Origin: a virus | Lineage: Duplodnaviria; Heunggongvirae; Uroviricota; Caudoviricetes | DNA: 64,000 nucleotides | Virus record (IMG/VR): IMGVR_UViG_3300006145_000007 | Span: 40,400 to 104,399 of that record | Direction: 5' to 3' (one strand) | Shown: positions 17,071 through 27,584 of the stretch, one piece after another | Position numbering within the stretch: position 1 is the stretch's first letter | Layout: each line of letters starts with the position of its first letter | Position numbers and translations under genes: made by a program | Notes under the pieces: model-generated | Told to the model about the DNA's origin: nothing | What the model saw: only the letters and a program-made list of their open reading frames with translations | Database searches by the model: none

Positions 17071-17631
17071 CTACCTCTCGTTCGCGATCTTGCAGACCTC
17101 GATATATGCTTCATCCCAGTTCATGACCCTGACAGAGCCAAGCACAGATGCGTCTATACCGCGATTGTGTATCGCGTCCATCAGGATCTTCCTGTATGAG
17201 CCGCCGTAATGGTTGTGAACGCCATCATCAATCAGCACATCGCCATTGATAAGCTGCTTACGACTGGTGACGATCACATCGTCCCACGTCAGGAAAGGGA
17301 AGTATTTGAACAATACCTTCTCCGCCTTTGCTCTGATGGTGACATAGGTAGAGGCGGTCACAATCAGAACATCGTGACCGTCCTCGATCATCTTCTGTAA
17401 AGCCTCCACTGCGCCGTCGATAGGCTTGACCCAATCCCAGAAGTCATCTTCGAGCAGAGGCGCGTAGACTTGCTCCCTGGTAAGCGTTGGGAATGCCTTG
17501 GACACATCCCACTGATTCACGGCTTCGTACGGTACGTTGGTCCCGTACTTCCACTTCAGGTACTGACACCATGCGAGGGACAGACCCTCTATCGTGTCGT
17601 CCATATCAACAAGCACAGTCAGCTTCCGCAT
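17071..17631 (-). CDS. 5'(3')-deoxyribonucleotidase, HAD superfamily
   Basis: HAD motif I ..VLVDMDDTI..; overall NT5C-like length and motifs. Confidence 0.7.
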   Translation of the reverse strand: MRKLTVLVDMDDTIEGLSLAWCQYLKWKYGTNVPYEAVNQWDVSKAFPTLTREQVYAPLLEDDFWDWVKPIDGAVEALQKMIEDGHDVLIVTASTYVTIRAKAEKVLFKYFPFLTWDDVIVTSRKQLINGDVLIDDGVHNHYGGSYRKILMDAIHNRGIDASVLGSVRVMNWDEAYIEVCKIANER

Positions 17632-17634
17632 AGC

Positions 17635-18090
17635 TTACACCCTGTTGCTCTCTTTATGAGCCGTCATATAGTCGTCAATCGTTATCTGATTCGGATCAAC
17701 ATACGGCTCGTCCTGTTCTTCCTGGTGTGATTTGCTGAGATAGTGCGGCATATCGTCAAACTGCGTCTGACCAAGTTCTTCGTGGTGGATGATCGCAAGG
17801 ATGTTCCATGCGGCGGCAGACAGGTGGTCTTCATCGTCCATGCCCATAATGAACTTGTCAATATGCCGCTTCGCGGAGTCTATGTATCGGGAGAACGGCA
17901 TACCCTTCTCCCAGTTGCGGTCAGCATACTTCCGGCTGCCGGCCTCATACCACATGGCAAGGCGCCTCATACCGAATGGCGTAATCAGATCATACCGACC
18001 TTTCTTGGTAGACGGTTCGCGAATCGCCATGCCTTCGCCGTATGTCATACGCTCTCCACCATCATTGATCTTCTCATCCGTATAGCTCAT
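17635..18090 (-). CDS. dATP/dGTP diphosphohydrolase-like (MazG-related) protein
   Basis: ..YDLITPFGMRRLAMWYEAGSRKYADRNWEKG.. resembles the N-terminal domain of phage dNTP pyrophosphohydrolases; assignment by memory of the family signature. Confidence 0.4.
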   Translation of the reverse strand: MSYTDEKINDGGERMTYGEGMAIREPSTKKGRYDLITPFGMRRLAMWYEAGSRKYADRNWEKGMPFSRYIDSAKRHIDKFIMGMDDEDHLSAAAWNILAIIHHEELGQTQFDDMPHYLSKSHQEEQDEPYVDPNQITIDDYMTAHKESNRV

Positions 18091-18770
18091 TTTGTTTCAC
18101 CCTTTCTCGGCATCAGGCCGCATGTCTTCCTCTCCTTGCAGAAGCCAACGTACTTACACTTCGGCATGAAGTAGTTGTCCACAACGTATGCCCACTCGGG
18201 CGAGTATGCGTGGAGTGCGTCACGCACATCACCAAAGAGTCCTCTGAACTCATGGTACGCCCGTGAACACAGCCTCTGGTGTGACATATCAATCAGATTG
18301 CGGAGGTTGTGCTTGCATACGATCTTCGTGGTCATACCAAGCGGGAGACCAAGAGCGGAGTCCTCACGGGGTACACCGGCCTCCTCCAGATCCTTCAGCC
18401 CATCTGCGATATCCGCCATGATACCCGCGTAGATATCGCTTGCCACAGGGTTCTTCTGGATACTCGGCGGTGTCACAAAATCGAACCCATGCTCATAGTC
18501 GATATAGCGTGTGCTTGCCTGCAGTCTGGTTGGAGCTCCGCCGACGTGCGTATACCACTCGCGGATGACCCTTGCGGAGTATCCGTCAAGGATCATATAC
18601 ACATCAGGGAACTCAAACGTTCTGCCATGCTCGCTTTCGAGGCAATCAAGGCCGCGCTTGTAGTTCTTCTCCTGGTTGGTGATGTCTGCACCCCAGCAGA
18701 CACCGGCTTCCTCACCAATCATTGAGATCGGAGAGTGATATGTAAATCGCTGAATTGTTACTGTTCCCAT
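18087..18770 (-). CDS. thyX: flavin-dependent thymidylate synthase
   Basis: ThyX signature ..REWYTHVGGAPTRLQASTRYIDY.. (RHR..S..S.RY pattern) and ..LRNLIDMSHQRLCSRAYHEFR.. Confidence 0.8.
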   Translation of the reverse strand: MGTVTIQRFTYHSPISMIGEEAGVCWGADITNQEKNYKRGLDCLESEHGRTFEFPDVYMILDGYSARVIREWYTHVGGAPTRLQASTRYIDYEHGFDFVTPPSIQKNPVASDIYAGIMADIADGLKDLEEAGVPREDSALGLPLGMTTKIVCKHNLRNLIDMSHQRLCSRAYHEFRGLFGDVRDALHAYSPEWAYVVDNYFMPKCKYVGFCKERKTCGLMPRKGETK

Positions 18771-18778
18771 TCAATTCC

Positions 18779-19417
18779 TCAACTTTCATATGGTGAGGGG
18801 AGACTATAATCCCATGTGGAGTAGTTCCCCTTGTAGGCATTACGGAAATGGTTGTGAGTACCATCTCCATGGAAATAGGTATAGTCTTTTGGCAGCACTC
18901 TGCCGACTGACACCTCTCCGTTTCTCTCTGCATTCCACCTTGAAAGTACATCCAGAGCGAGATCATATAGATCGTCTCTGACTGGGGTATCACTGACGTA
19001 CGCAAACTGGTTAGGGGCAGTCATGACATAGGTGATCGTGTCACCATCAAATTCATCACTGTCCACGCGATTGCAGACGCACCATGCAACACATGCTTTC
19101 TCTGTGTCGCTTGGAATACCGCCGCACTCGCGATACAGCAGCTTCGCCATCATGACGACTTCTTCCTCGGTGTAGTACATGATTTCCGTTTCTTCCTCGA
19201 TGCCAGCACTGGCTACATCGTTTTCTTTTATTTCATACGTTGGCCTTGCTTCTTCCACCGGACGTGCCGTATGCCTGAACATCGTTGGTGCTGCAGAGGT
19301 AGCCGGCACAGCATCTGCTGTACCGCGTACCATATTGCATCCAGCGCTGATCATAACGGACGCAGTCCATATAGCAGTGATCAATAGCAACGTAATAAAA
19401 ATCAAAGAGCGTTTCAT
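18779..19417 (-). CDS. secreted lipoprotein with SleB-like cell-wall hydrolase domain
   Basis: Signal peptide MKRSLIFITLLLITAIWTASVMISAGC (lipobox); hydrolase_2 motif ..MAKLLYRECGGIPSDTEKACVAWCVCNRV.. Confidence 0.7.
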   Translation of the reverse strand: MKRSLIFITLLLITAIWTASVMISAGCNMVRGTADAVPATSAAPTMFRHTARPVEEARPTYEIKENDVASAGIEEETEIMYYTEEEVVMMAKLLYRECGGIPSDTEKACVAWCVCNRVDSDEFDGDTITYVMTAPNQFAYVSDTPVRDDLYDLALDVLSRWNAERNGEVSVGRVLPKDYTYFHGDGTHNHFRNAYKGNYSTWDYSLPSPYES

Positions 19418-19509
19418 AGAGTACCTCCAATTACTACGGCAGCGAAAAAGACGACGCCGAAGCGCCGTCCATTCGCTGTATCGTAGCTTACTTGATGTTA
19501 TGAGCAGCT

Positions 19510-19959
19510 TTACTCCATAGCGTTCAGGATATCCATAAAGCTGCTCTCGTCGATCTCGTCCGGTTCCTCATCTGGTTTCTTTGCGTCATATGTATCAATC
19601 TTGAACGACACGCTGCTTGCTGATTGCCACTGTTGCGGTGTGTATCCTGCGGTGGTTGAGCTCATATATGGGCTCTGTACCCACCACGCATCGTAACCAG
19701 AATCGTATGTTCCATCGAACATCGGAGGACCTGGGACGAGGTAGAACTTGTCCTGCTCTACGCCTTCAGATAAGACGATTGGTATACCGTTGTATCGTGC
19801 GATAGACCCATCTCCGACCACGCCGCCTTCCGCGAGGTCGCTTGTGTTTGATACCATAGCCCGTGCTGTATCAGGGTGCATGACGATTCTATTCGGGATT
19901 CGACCTGATTGCGCGGTCATGATATCTACCATCCGGCTTAGTTCTTGCTCAAAGTCCAT
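19510..19959 (-). CDS. hypothetical acidic protein
   Basis: 149-aa ORF. Confidence 0.4.
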   Translation of the reverse strand: MDFEQELSRMVDIMTAQSGRIPNRIVMHPDTARAMVSNTSDLAEGGVVGDGSIARYNGIPIVLSEGVEQDKFYLVPGPPMFDGTYDSGYDAWWVQSPYMSSTTAGYTPQQWQSASSVSFKIDTYDAKKPDEEPDEIDESSFMDILNAME

Positions 19960-19964
19960 TCTTC

Positions 19965-20168
19965 CTAACCCTCTATTGGTGAGATCCGACAGCTTGGAAG
20001 GATGTGCTCTTTCATCAGCTTATCAAAGCATTCACAGCACAGGTCGAGGTTGATTACCTCGCCGTCGAACTCGCTTCCATATCCAACATGATGGTGAAAC
20101 CCAAATTTCTCTTGTGTATCCCACATGTCGAAATCCTTCCCGCACATATTACATACCAGCTTTGTCAT
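19965..20168 (-). CDS. small zinc-ribbon protein
   Basis: ..CNMCGK..CCECFDK.. paired Cys motifs. Confidence 0.4.
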   Translation of the reverse strand: MTKLVCNMCGKDFDMWDTQEKFGFHHHVGYGSEFDGEVINLDLCCECFDKLMKEHILPSCRISPIEG

Positions 20169-20199
20169 TCCATCTCATCCCTTTCTTCCATAGTGTTTC

Positions 20200-21855
20200 T
20201 TACGCAACTACCAACATACGCCACTCTTCCATACTGTGGCATATCTCTGGACGGGCGTACTCAGGCAGGTTGACTGCTGTGATCAGACCAGCAAGATCTG
20301 GGCATACTGCGTTCCCGCACTTCTCCATCTGCTCGGCGTTGGTCATCTTCCTGCCCTCGTAGTCTTCCGCGAACATGTAGTCAGGAGCGAAGCCCATAGC
20401 GCGGTACGCCTCTTTCGCCTTCAGCATCCGCAGGCCGATATCGGTCAGGAAGTACCAGTCCCCATCAATCATTCTCAGAAGGACTTCGTCATCCTTCAGA
20501 TCGTAACCAGCCCACTTATTCAGCATGGCCCGTATCTCAGGCCAACGTCCCATATTCACGCCGTCCCGATACTTTGCCACCATCGTATGTATCACAGCAA
20601 ACTCACCGGCGGATGCCGTCACAGTCTGCAAAGGCTGAGACAGGTGCTGCCCTATGTTGTCGCCCTTGAACTTACACACATGGGCGAGAACGAGACCTTC
20701 TCTATCCCGAGCCGTCACAGTATGAAGCGGCTCATGGATATCCTGTCCATGGTCGTCGTTCCCATAATACTTGGTCAGGATAGGAACCACGACGCCATAG
20801 CGATTAGATGCGTCCAGGGTCATGATAGGCTCATTGACACCCTGACCACGGACTTTCTCAGACTGCTCTGTATGATACTGAGCGAGGTATGGTGTCTTCA
20901 CTCCATCGGACGAACGCACGACATATATGTCGTTGGACTTCAGGATGAACTTGTCCAGTCCTCTGGTGATACGCCTCATGGTATTATCCTTGAGAGGACG
21001 TACGGCACGTATGGAATATCGCTCCATAATCTCCTGCTTCGTATCAAAGATACTTGGCGCCGGAATGTCGTAGTCAAGGATGTCGGCAACCTGACGCCAC
21101 GGCTCAAGCTCCCCGTGCAGGACGGCTTCACTGTCACGCTTCGCGTGTGTCTGCTTCGGCCAGACGATAGGTTTTCCATCACAGCGGAACACGCCGAAGA
21201 ATCTTGTGCGTGTGGTATACACACCGTAGTCTGCCGCGCATAGCTCACGCCACTCCATCTTGTACCCAAGACCATGAATCAGCTTCTGAGCTTCATCTCC
21301 CTTTGGGTCGATATGGAGAAACTCACAGCACTCATATAGCGCCGGATGGTCTGGCTCGATGCCGGTGGTCAGGATTTTCACAAACCCATCAAAGGTTTCT
21401 CCAGCTCTTGACTGGTCAGGGTACTGCTTGCCATCACGTTCAATGAGCGGTCCCCATGTCCTGATTTCCGGTACGTTCTCCATAGCCATGACCCTCGGCC
21501 TTACGCTGAGCGCCCACTTCACAAGCACCCATGACAGGCCACGGATCTCTTTCTTCACAGGGGTTCCGCCACGGGCACGGGAGAAGTGAGTACAGTCTGG
21601 TGAGAACCACGCGAACCCCATAGGGTAGCCGCCGCAGAACTCCTTCGGGTCAACGGCGAACACATCCTCTTTGTAGTGTTCCGTGAACGGGTGGTTGGTC
21701 TTGTGCATCCTGATGGCGGCGAGGTCGTGGTTGACCGCGCCTACCACAGGGATAGTCGTGTACCGGACGATGCCGTCCGTGCTTCCTCCGCCTCCGCAGA
21801 AAAACACGCCGGCTACCTCGTCCGTCTTAATCTTTGCTCCGTATATGGTTGCCAC
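20200..21855 (-). CDS. DNA (cytosine-5)-methyltransferase
   Basis: Motif I ..VFFCGGGGSTDG.., PC motif ..FSPDCTHFSRA.., ENV motif ..MENVPEI.. Confidence 0.8.
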   Translation of the reverse strand: MATIYGAKIKTDEVAGVFFCGGGGSTDGIVRYTTIPVVGAVNHDLAAIRMHKTNHPFTEHYKEDVFAVDPKEFCGGYPMGFAWFSPDCTHFSRARGGTPVKKEIRGLSWVLVKWALSVRPRVMAMENVPEIRTWGPLIERDGKQYPDQSRAGETFDGFVKILTTGIEPDHPALYECCEFLHIDPKGDEAQKLIHGLGYKMEWRELCAADYGVYTTRTRFFGVFRCDGKPIVWPKQTHAKRDSEAVLHGELEPWRQVADILDYDIPAPSIFDTKQEIMERYSIRAVRPLKDNTMRRITRGLDKFILKSNDIYVVRSSDGVKTPYLAQYHTEQSEKVRGQGVNEPIMTLDASNRYGVVVPILTKYYGNDDHGQDIHEPLHTVTARDREGLVLAHVCKFKGDNIGQHLSQPLQTVTASAGEFAVIHTMVAKYRDGVNMGRWPEIRAMLNKWAGYDLKDDEVLLRMIDGDWYFLTDIGLRMLKAKEAYRAMGFAPDYMFAEDYEGRKMTNAEQMEKCGNAVCPDLAGLITAVNLPEYARPEICHSMEEWRMLVVA

Positions 21856-21861
21856 CTCCGG

Positions 21862-22101
21862 TTATCTTATTGTGACACGCAGCTCTACTGCCCTGCCATC
21901 TTTCAGCGTCCACTCATACCCGCTTGACGTTGCCTTTGAACAACTGATCCCTCCGAGAAGTTCCTGCACCATGTAATCTCTCACAGCGCACAATGCTTCG
22001 TCGGTACACTCAGTCTTGTTCTGCCACAAACCCTTATTCTTGCTGTTCAGTGTTCCGGCATAGATGGCAAACGCCCCGCATCCGACATGATATTCTGCCA
22101 C
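21862..22101 (-). CDS. hypothetical protein
   Basis: 79-aa ORF. Confidence 0.35.
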   Translation of the reverse strand: MAEYHVGCGAFAIYAGTLNSKNKGLWQNKTECTDEALCAVRDYMVQELLGGISCSKATSSGYEWTLKDGRAVELRVTIR

Positions 22102-22129
22102 TTAAATCACCGATCCTTTTCGTGAGCCA

Positions 22130-22750
22130 TCACATGTTTTCGAGGCTTTCAATGAAGGCTTGCATAAATGAAGTCCTTTGCTTTGCGCGCTCCACTTCTG
22201 CCTCACATCTTTCTTTCGCGCGCTTAACATCATCTTCAGAAAGTTTTATCAGTTCATCCATATACTTTTGGATAGCCTCATCACTTTCATCCAGTTCGCT
22301 TGCGATATCATTACGGTATGTGTCAAACATCAATGGAGTATATACACACATATCTATTTGGCTCAGAGCGAACTCCTTGATCCCGTTATGTTCTTCGGAT
22401 GGAGGAACCCACGCCTCGACCTGGCGGCGTACATTCTCATATTTCTTGTTGATCTCTTCCATCATTTTGAGCTGCCGTTTTGCGCGCTCTACTCTGCTGG
22501 TATGTTCCGCCCGCATATGATCCCTTGCTTCTGTGAATGACATGTTCTTAACAACCTGAAGCTCTTTAACCGAGTCCTCATATCTTTTCTGGTAATAAGG
22601 GTCAGGTTCAAAATGAGTTGGCGTCGGAACAGACAGCGGTTCATCACGAACGTCGATTGCCACTCCAAACGCCCGTGAACAAAGCATTAGAAAATCTTTC
22701 CCGGTAGTGATATCTCCATCCTCGATATAAGCTGTGTATCCAGTTGGCAT
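22130..22750 (-). CDS. hypothetical coiled-coil protein
   Basis: 206-aa ORF rich in E/K/R heptads. Confidence 0.4.
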   Translation of the reverse strand: MPTGYTAYIEDGDITTGKDFLMLCSRAFGVAIDVRDEPLSVPTPTHFEPDPYYQKRYEDSVKELQVVKNMSFTEARDHMRAEHTSRVERAKRQLKMMEEINKKYENVRRQVEAWVPPSEEHNGIKEFALSQIDMCVYTPLMFDTYRNDIASELDESDEAIQKYMDELIKLSEDDVKRAKERCEAEVERAKQRTSFMQAFIESLENM

Positions 22751-22803
22751 ATTCTCACCTCACACTTCAAAAATAAAAGTAGAGTTTTATACACGCATTC
22801 AGG

Positions 22804-23232
22804 CTACACCTGCACGCTGGTTGCCATGCGGCCGTCTGTCACAAAGACCATAGTCATATGGTTTGCCTGTTCGCTTTCCTCGTACTCCGCATCGTCCATG
22901 ATGATGTCCTCACTGACAATGCTCTGCACGAGTTCCTTGATACTGCCGTGGAACTCATTCGCGAGGATCGTTGCGAACAGGTCTAACCGTTCATAGTCTG
23001 ATTTGCTCTCCAGCGTCATCAGGGCAGTCTCGCCTCGCTCGAAATCCCTGTAGTAGGTATTCTGAAAACGAAGGTACGTGTATAGATCGATCTCCGCTTT
23101 TCCGAGGTTCACCCATCTTCTTGTACCGCTCTCTCTGTAGCGAATTGTGAGTGTCGGAAACAGGTTGGACTTTGATGATATCCATCCGCCGTGCCGCACC
23201 GCCTTTACCTTATACTCAATTAAGTACCGCAC
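22804..23232 (-). CDS. hypothetical protein
   Basis: 142-aa ORF. Confidence 0.4.
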   Translation of the reverse strand: MRYLIEYKVKAVRHGGWISSKSNLFPTLTIRYRESGTRRWVNLGKAEIDLYTYLRFQNTYYRDFERGETALMTLESKSDYERLDLFATILANEFHGSIKELVQSIVSEDIIMDDAEYEESEQANHMTMVFVTDGRMATSVQV

Positions 23233-23505
23233 AGCTCACACCATCCCTAAATGCTTTCAGGCCGCTGATGGCCTTCTCCTGTTTCGCAATGCGGCTGTAT
23301 AGAGAGGCGATGGTACGCTCTACCTCCCGCCCATCCTCGGAGTAGTAGTACCCACGCCGGCACGAACAGATCGGCTCTCCCGCAGACCTTGTTACGTTAA
23401 TCATGGCGCGCACATCAATCCCGCTGACACACATATGGGATTGTGTGGCCCATTGCTATGGGCTTTTATGTATTCAGTGATAGGCTCCATACGGTTACCT
23501 CCAGG

Positions 23506-24459
23506 CTAAAATAAAAGATGCTCATAATCGAGCATCCTGAAGTAGATCTTGTCTCGTTCCCACCGCTTGCAGATGATGATGTCGCCCTCACGAATTGGGT
23601 CTTGGTCGAACCTCTTCTTGAACACTGTCATCCTGCTTTCCTTTCCGCCCCCTATGGACTGTGTCAGGACGCTGTATCCAAACACCTCGTTGTCCTTCTT
23701 GCGGCGGACAGGGTAGACATTGGTGATGAAGAGTTTGTTGCGGTCACATTCCTCACCAGACACATAGCCTGCGTATCCCATGATGTCCCGGAAGTTCTTG
23801 GCCTTCATGAACACGGACAGGTCGTTGACATGTGATCCCTTGATGAAGTGTTCAATGTCATGCAGAAGCTCGTCCATCTCTGTGATCGTGTAGCTCTTGG
23901 CATCTTCACCGCTTTTGGTCTTACCAGTTGCACACTTTTTGACGATGCGCTCCAGCCACGTCCCGTCAATGTTCTCCTTGCGAATCTTCTTCGCGTCACC
24001 CTTTTTGAAGAGTTCAAACATCTCAATAATCTTGAACAGCTCACGCTGGTTACCGAACATCGAGAAGTAGTCGATCTTAATCAGTATGTCGAGCTGTCTG
24101 GAATCAATGGACGTTTTGGTGTTGATGTCACGGAGCAGGTCAATGAAGTAGTCGTAGTGGTTGGACTTTGACAGCGCATACAGCTCGTCCGCCCCGGCCA
24201 TACTCATATACTTGACGCTGCTGACACCTTTTGCGATGACATTCTTTTCTTTGTCAAAGAAGTATTCTCCCTTTGACACACCGAACTTTGGCTGGATAAT
24301 CTTGATGCCGCGCTGACGAGCCAGCATTGTTCCGTTCTGGATATCATCTTCGTTGGCGGCGTTGTTCAGGAACGATGTGATAAATTCGATTGGGTTGTAG
24401 TACCGATAGTAGGCACACAGGTACCCAAGCAAGCAGTACGCAACCGAGTGGTTATCGCG
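23506..24459 (-). CDS. dnaE: DNA polymerase III alpha subunit, exon 2 (C-terminal fingers/OB region)
   Basis: Conserved ..NHSVAYCLLGYLCAYYRYYNPIEF.. (cf. E. coli ..[25 protein letters not shown]..) continues upstream of the annotated TTG start to 24459, implying splicing rather than an independent start. Confidence 0.7.
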   Translation of the reverse strand, partial: RDNHSVAYCLLGYLCAYYRYYNPIEFITSFLNNAANEDDIQNGTMLARQRGIKIIQPKFGVSKGEYFFDKEKNVIAKGVSSVKYMSMAGADELYALSKSNHYDYFIDLLRDINTKTSIDSRQLDILIKIDYFSMFGNQRELFKIIEMFELFKKGDAKKIRKENIDGTWLERIVKKCATGKTKSGEDAKSYTITEMDELLHDIEHFIKGSHVNDLSVFMKAKNFRDIMGYAGYVSGEECDRNKLFITNVYPVRRKKDNEVFGYSVLTQSIGGGKESRMTVFKKRFDQDPIREGDIIICKRWERDKIYFRMLDYEHLLF

Positions 24460-25326
24460 TTGACCCGCTGTTTCCAGCGGCGCAGACTATATCTTCGGCC
24501 TTAGCCGTCCTTGCACTTCCAGCGGAAACTCATCCTCCGCCGTACTCCCTCGCGGGATAGTCGTTACACCTTCCGATATGGCTCCCACGCAAAACCTCCA
24601 GCCGAGTATGCGCGCAGGCTGATACATTGCAGTATCGCTCTCGCGCTTATACCGGTCTCACGCTCCGCTTCTGTGGCGGAACTATATACCTCAATGATGT
24701 CGCCGTCCTCTGTCATCTGAATGACTGGCGTACCTTTTGGTTTGCGCAGGTTGTTATATAAAGCGTGCAGGTTATTGTAGCTGTATGTAGTCCATTCCAG
24801 ATTGCTGACATCGTTGTTTGTCTTATCCCCGTCAATATGATTGACCATCGGATACCCATATGGGTTTGGAATGAACGCGGTGGCGACCAGGATATGTACC
24901 AGTGCCACATTAGATGTTCCGTCCCGGCGAAGGTTGACGACCATATAGCCGTTACCATCCTTGCCCTTGGTACGGGTCAGCTTCATCTCTCGTCCACGTA
25001 GGCGCCTTGGGTTTCCTTTCCTATCTATAACCGTGCGGTCTACACTTCTGACGTGGCCTGAGTCGCTGACTTCATAATACCCTTCATAACCTTGTATCGC
25101 TTTCCAGAGCATAAACACACCTCTCTGATCGGCTTGGCACGGTATCGCCTGCTATCCGTTGCCGGACCGTAGGTTCTCTTAGTCAGATGCTTCGTCCTTG
25201 GTGATGGCGCATATCTCCCTGTAGGGCTTCATGCGCCGGTCTTATTCATCTGATACCGTTAGCACCGCTCTAAGCGGCACACCCCTGAGTCATAGGGTTC
25301 ACAAGAAATGAGCTAATCACTAACCC
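24460..25326 (-). mobile_element. intervening sequence (~867 nt) splitting dnaE, group-I-intron-like, carrying an HNH homing endonuclease ORF
   Basis: Exon 1 homology ends ..ASAYMF| (5' exon ends in U) and resumes |RDNHSVAY..; exon-1 frame reads through 18 codons into a stop; HEG ORF inside. Confidence 0.55.
24564..25118 (-). CDS. HNH homing endonuclease (NUMOD4 + HNH_3-like)
   Basis: ..GYEGYYEVSDSGHVRS.. NUMOD4-like N-terminus; ..HILVATAFIPNPYGYPMVNHIDGDKTNNDVSNLEW.. HNH core. Confidence 0.8.
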   Translation of the reverse strand: MFMLWKAIQGYEGYYEVSDSGHVRSVDRTVIDRKGNPRRLRGREMKLTRTKGKDGNGYMVVNLRRDGTSNVALVHILVATAFIPNPYGYPMVNHIDGDKTNNDVSNLEWTTYSYNNLHALYNNLRKPKGTPVIQMTEDGDIIEVYSSATEAERETGISARAILQCISLRAYSAGGFAWEPYRKV

Positions 25327-27564
25327 AAACATGTATGCGGATGCGTCCTCAATGATCTTGAGGAACTGCTTGGCCTCCTCCTCCGCAACCTCTCGCGGAT
25401 GTTCTGACTTATCGCAGTACCCGTTGAGGATGACTGGCATCCATTCATCGAGGAGTTCCATCTTCTTCTTTGCGATGCCGCGCCGAACAGAGTCCGCCTG
25501 GCTTCCATTCAGGCCGCAGATACGCTGCAGGAATTGAATGATATCCTCCTGATAGACAAGGTATCCGAGGTTATCCTTCAGAAGCTCGTCAATCAGTTCA
25601 GACGGATTGTGGTTCTGTACTCTGGCGAGGAGCTGCTCACGATAGGACGCTCCAGACGGTCTGATACAGGCTGTCACCAGAGACATGTCGAAGATACTGT
25701 GGGTCTTGAACTTCTTCAGACTGTCGAACGCGAAGTTACCCTCCATCTGGAAGATACCGACAGGGCTTTTCAGCATGTCCTCCCACACGGCATCGTCGTT
25801 CCAGTCAATCTCATGTGTCTTCGGATATGGCCTGTTAAAGTACGAACAGCAGTCGCGGATGACCTGGACGGTCTTGAGTACCAGGAAGTCATACTTGGCA
25901 AGCCCAGCCTCGTGTGCTTCGTCCATGTCCAGCATGAGGCAGTTCTCTCCGTCCTTCTCAAATATGCCATAGTTATCTACCAATGTAACAGGACTGATAA
26001 CCATGCCGGCAGGGTGGACGGACTGCGAAACTTTTACTCCGAACATCCCCTTGACGAACCGGAATAGCTCCGGGTACTTCTTGGTGGTCGGAACCTCACA
26101 CACCTCGTCGAGGTGTTTCTTGTAGAGCTCGTCCTCAATCACGTCGTATTTGTCCAGAAGAACCTGCACGTCTGCGGCGAACTCCTTCTTGATGTCGCTG
26201 ATGCGTTCCAAAGACCACGGGTTGTCCTTTGATTCACCGTGTTTCTTCACCCACTCAAACGACAGGTGACGCCCAACGTCATCTATGACGCCACGACCTT
26301 TGATTGTACCGTATGATGCGACACGAGCTGTCTTGTCCGCCCCAAACCTGTTCGTGATGTACTCGAAGATTGCAGGGCGGTCAGCCTTCACAACGTCGAT
26401 ATCGATGTCCCCGATCTCCACACGATCCTCGTTACAGAATCGAGAGAACACGGTATGCCATGTCTCGGGGTTGAGGTCGATGATGTCTGTCACATATGCG
26501 ACCCGTGAACCTCCGACAGAACCACGGGCTGTGCCTATGGCCATACCCTGTTCTTTGCACCAGCAAATGAGTTCTGACATGGAACCCATGAACCCCATCA
26601 TGCCGATCTTGTGGAAGACCGCCATCTCTTCGTCGATTGCGGTACGGAATGCTTCTACCTGCTCAGGCGGAATCACACCGCTGGCTACCTTCTCATTGAA
26701 CATCCTATCGACACGCTCAATGAACTTTTCCTCGTCAGCTTCCTTCGACCCATATAGGATAGGATACTTGATAGACGTATCCACCTCGAAGTTCTCAACC
26801 ATATCGTCCAGGAGGTTTGTGTTCGCGATTGCTTCCAGGTACACATCTTCATCCAATGCGCCCTGCTTGGCGAACATATCCACCAGTTCGTCGTAGGTCT
26901 TGAACGTGAGATCGAATGTGTCCTCGTCCCCGTAGGTCTTGCGCTTCGCGCCGAGAAGGATCTGCCGGCACTCAGCTTTATACGGAGATGAGCTGTGGGT
27001 GTCTGTGCCTGCAATCAGCGGTGTCCCGAGTTCCTTTGACAGGGCAAGCAGCCGCCGGTTGAACGCATACTGCTCTGGATGGTCATGTGCCTGAACCTCA
27101 AAGAAGGTGTACTTCTTCGCCAGCTCCATGTACCGTGGATGCGTCACAGGCAGCTTATTGAGCGGAGAGGCGAGACACGCACTGGTAGATATGATGTTGC
27201 CTGAGATACCGAGGAACTCGTCAAAGGTGATGCGGTTTGTGTAGTAGAAGTGAGCCTTGTCACAGGACTTCCGAATCAGAAGGTTCAGCTCACGGATACC
27301 ATCCATGTTTCTGGCGAGCAAAACTGTATGGTAGTTGTCACGAATGCGTTCATTGCCCTCTGTGAACAGGCGCTCTGTCAGGTAAACCTCAACACCATAG
27401 ATGAACTTAATGCCCATCTTGTCGCAGTAGAGCTTCTTTGAAAGCCAACCACGCGGCAGGCCATGCTCTGTTGACGCGATTGCCTTCTGACCATTCTGCA
27501 CCGCAAGATCTACATACTCGCTGAACTTTGTGCAACTGTCGAGCAAACTGTAGTCTGAGTGCAT
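25327..27564 (-). CDS. dnaE: DNA polymerase III alpha subunit, exon 1 (PHP and polymerase core)
   Basis: N-terminal PHP domain ..MHSDYSLLDSCTKFSEYVDLAVQNGQKAIASTEHG..; ..GYLVYQEDIIQFL.. and ..ASAYMF.. match DnaE fingers. Confidence 0.8.
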
Positions 27565-27584
27565 ATGGTACGGTATGTATGTGC

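Noticed and set aside
25270-25326. Last 18 codons of the 764-aa DnaE ORF (GLVISSFLVNPMTQGCAA) as genuine C-terminus
   Set aside because: Homology to Pol III alpha stops exactly at ..YMF and resumes in the downstream piece. The tail is read-through into the intervening sequence.
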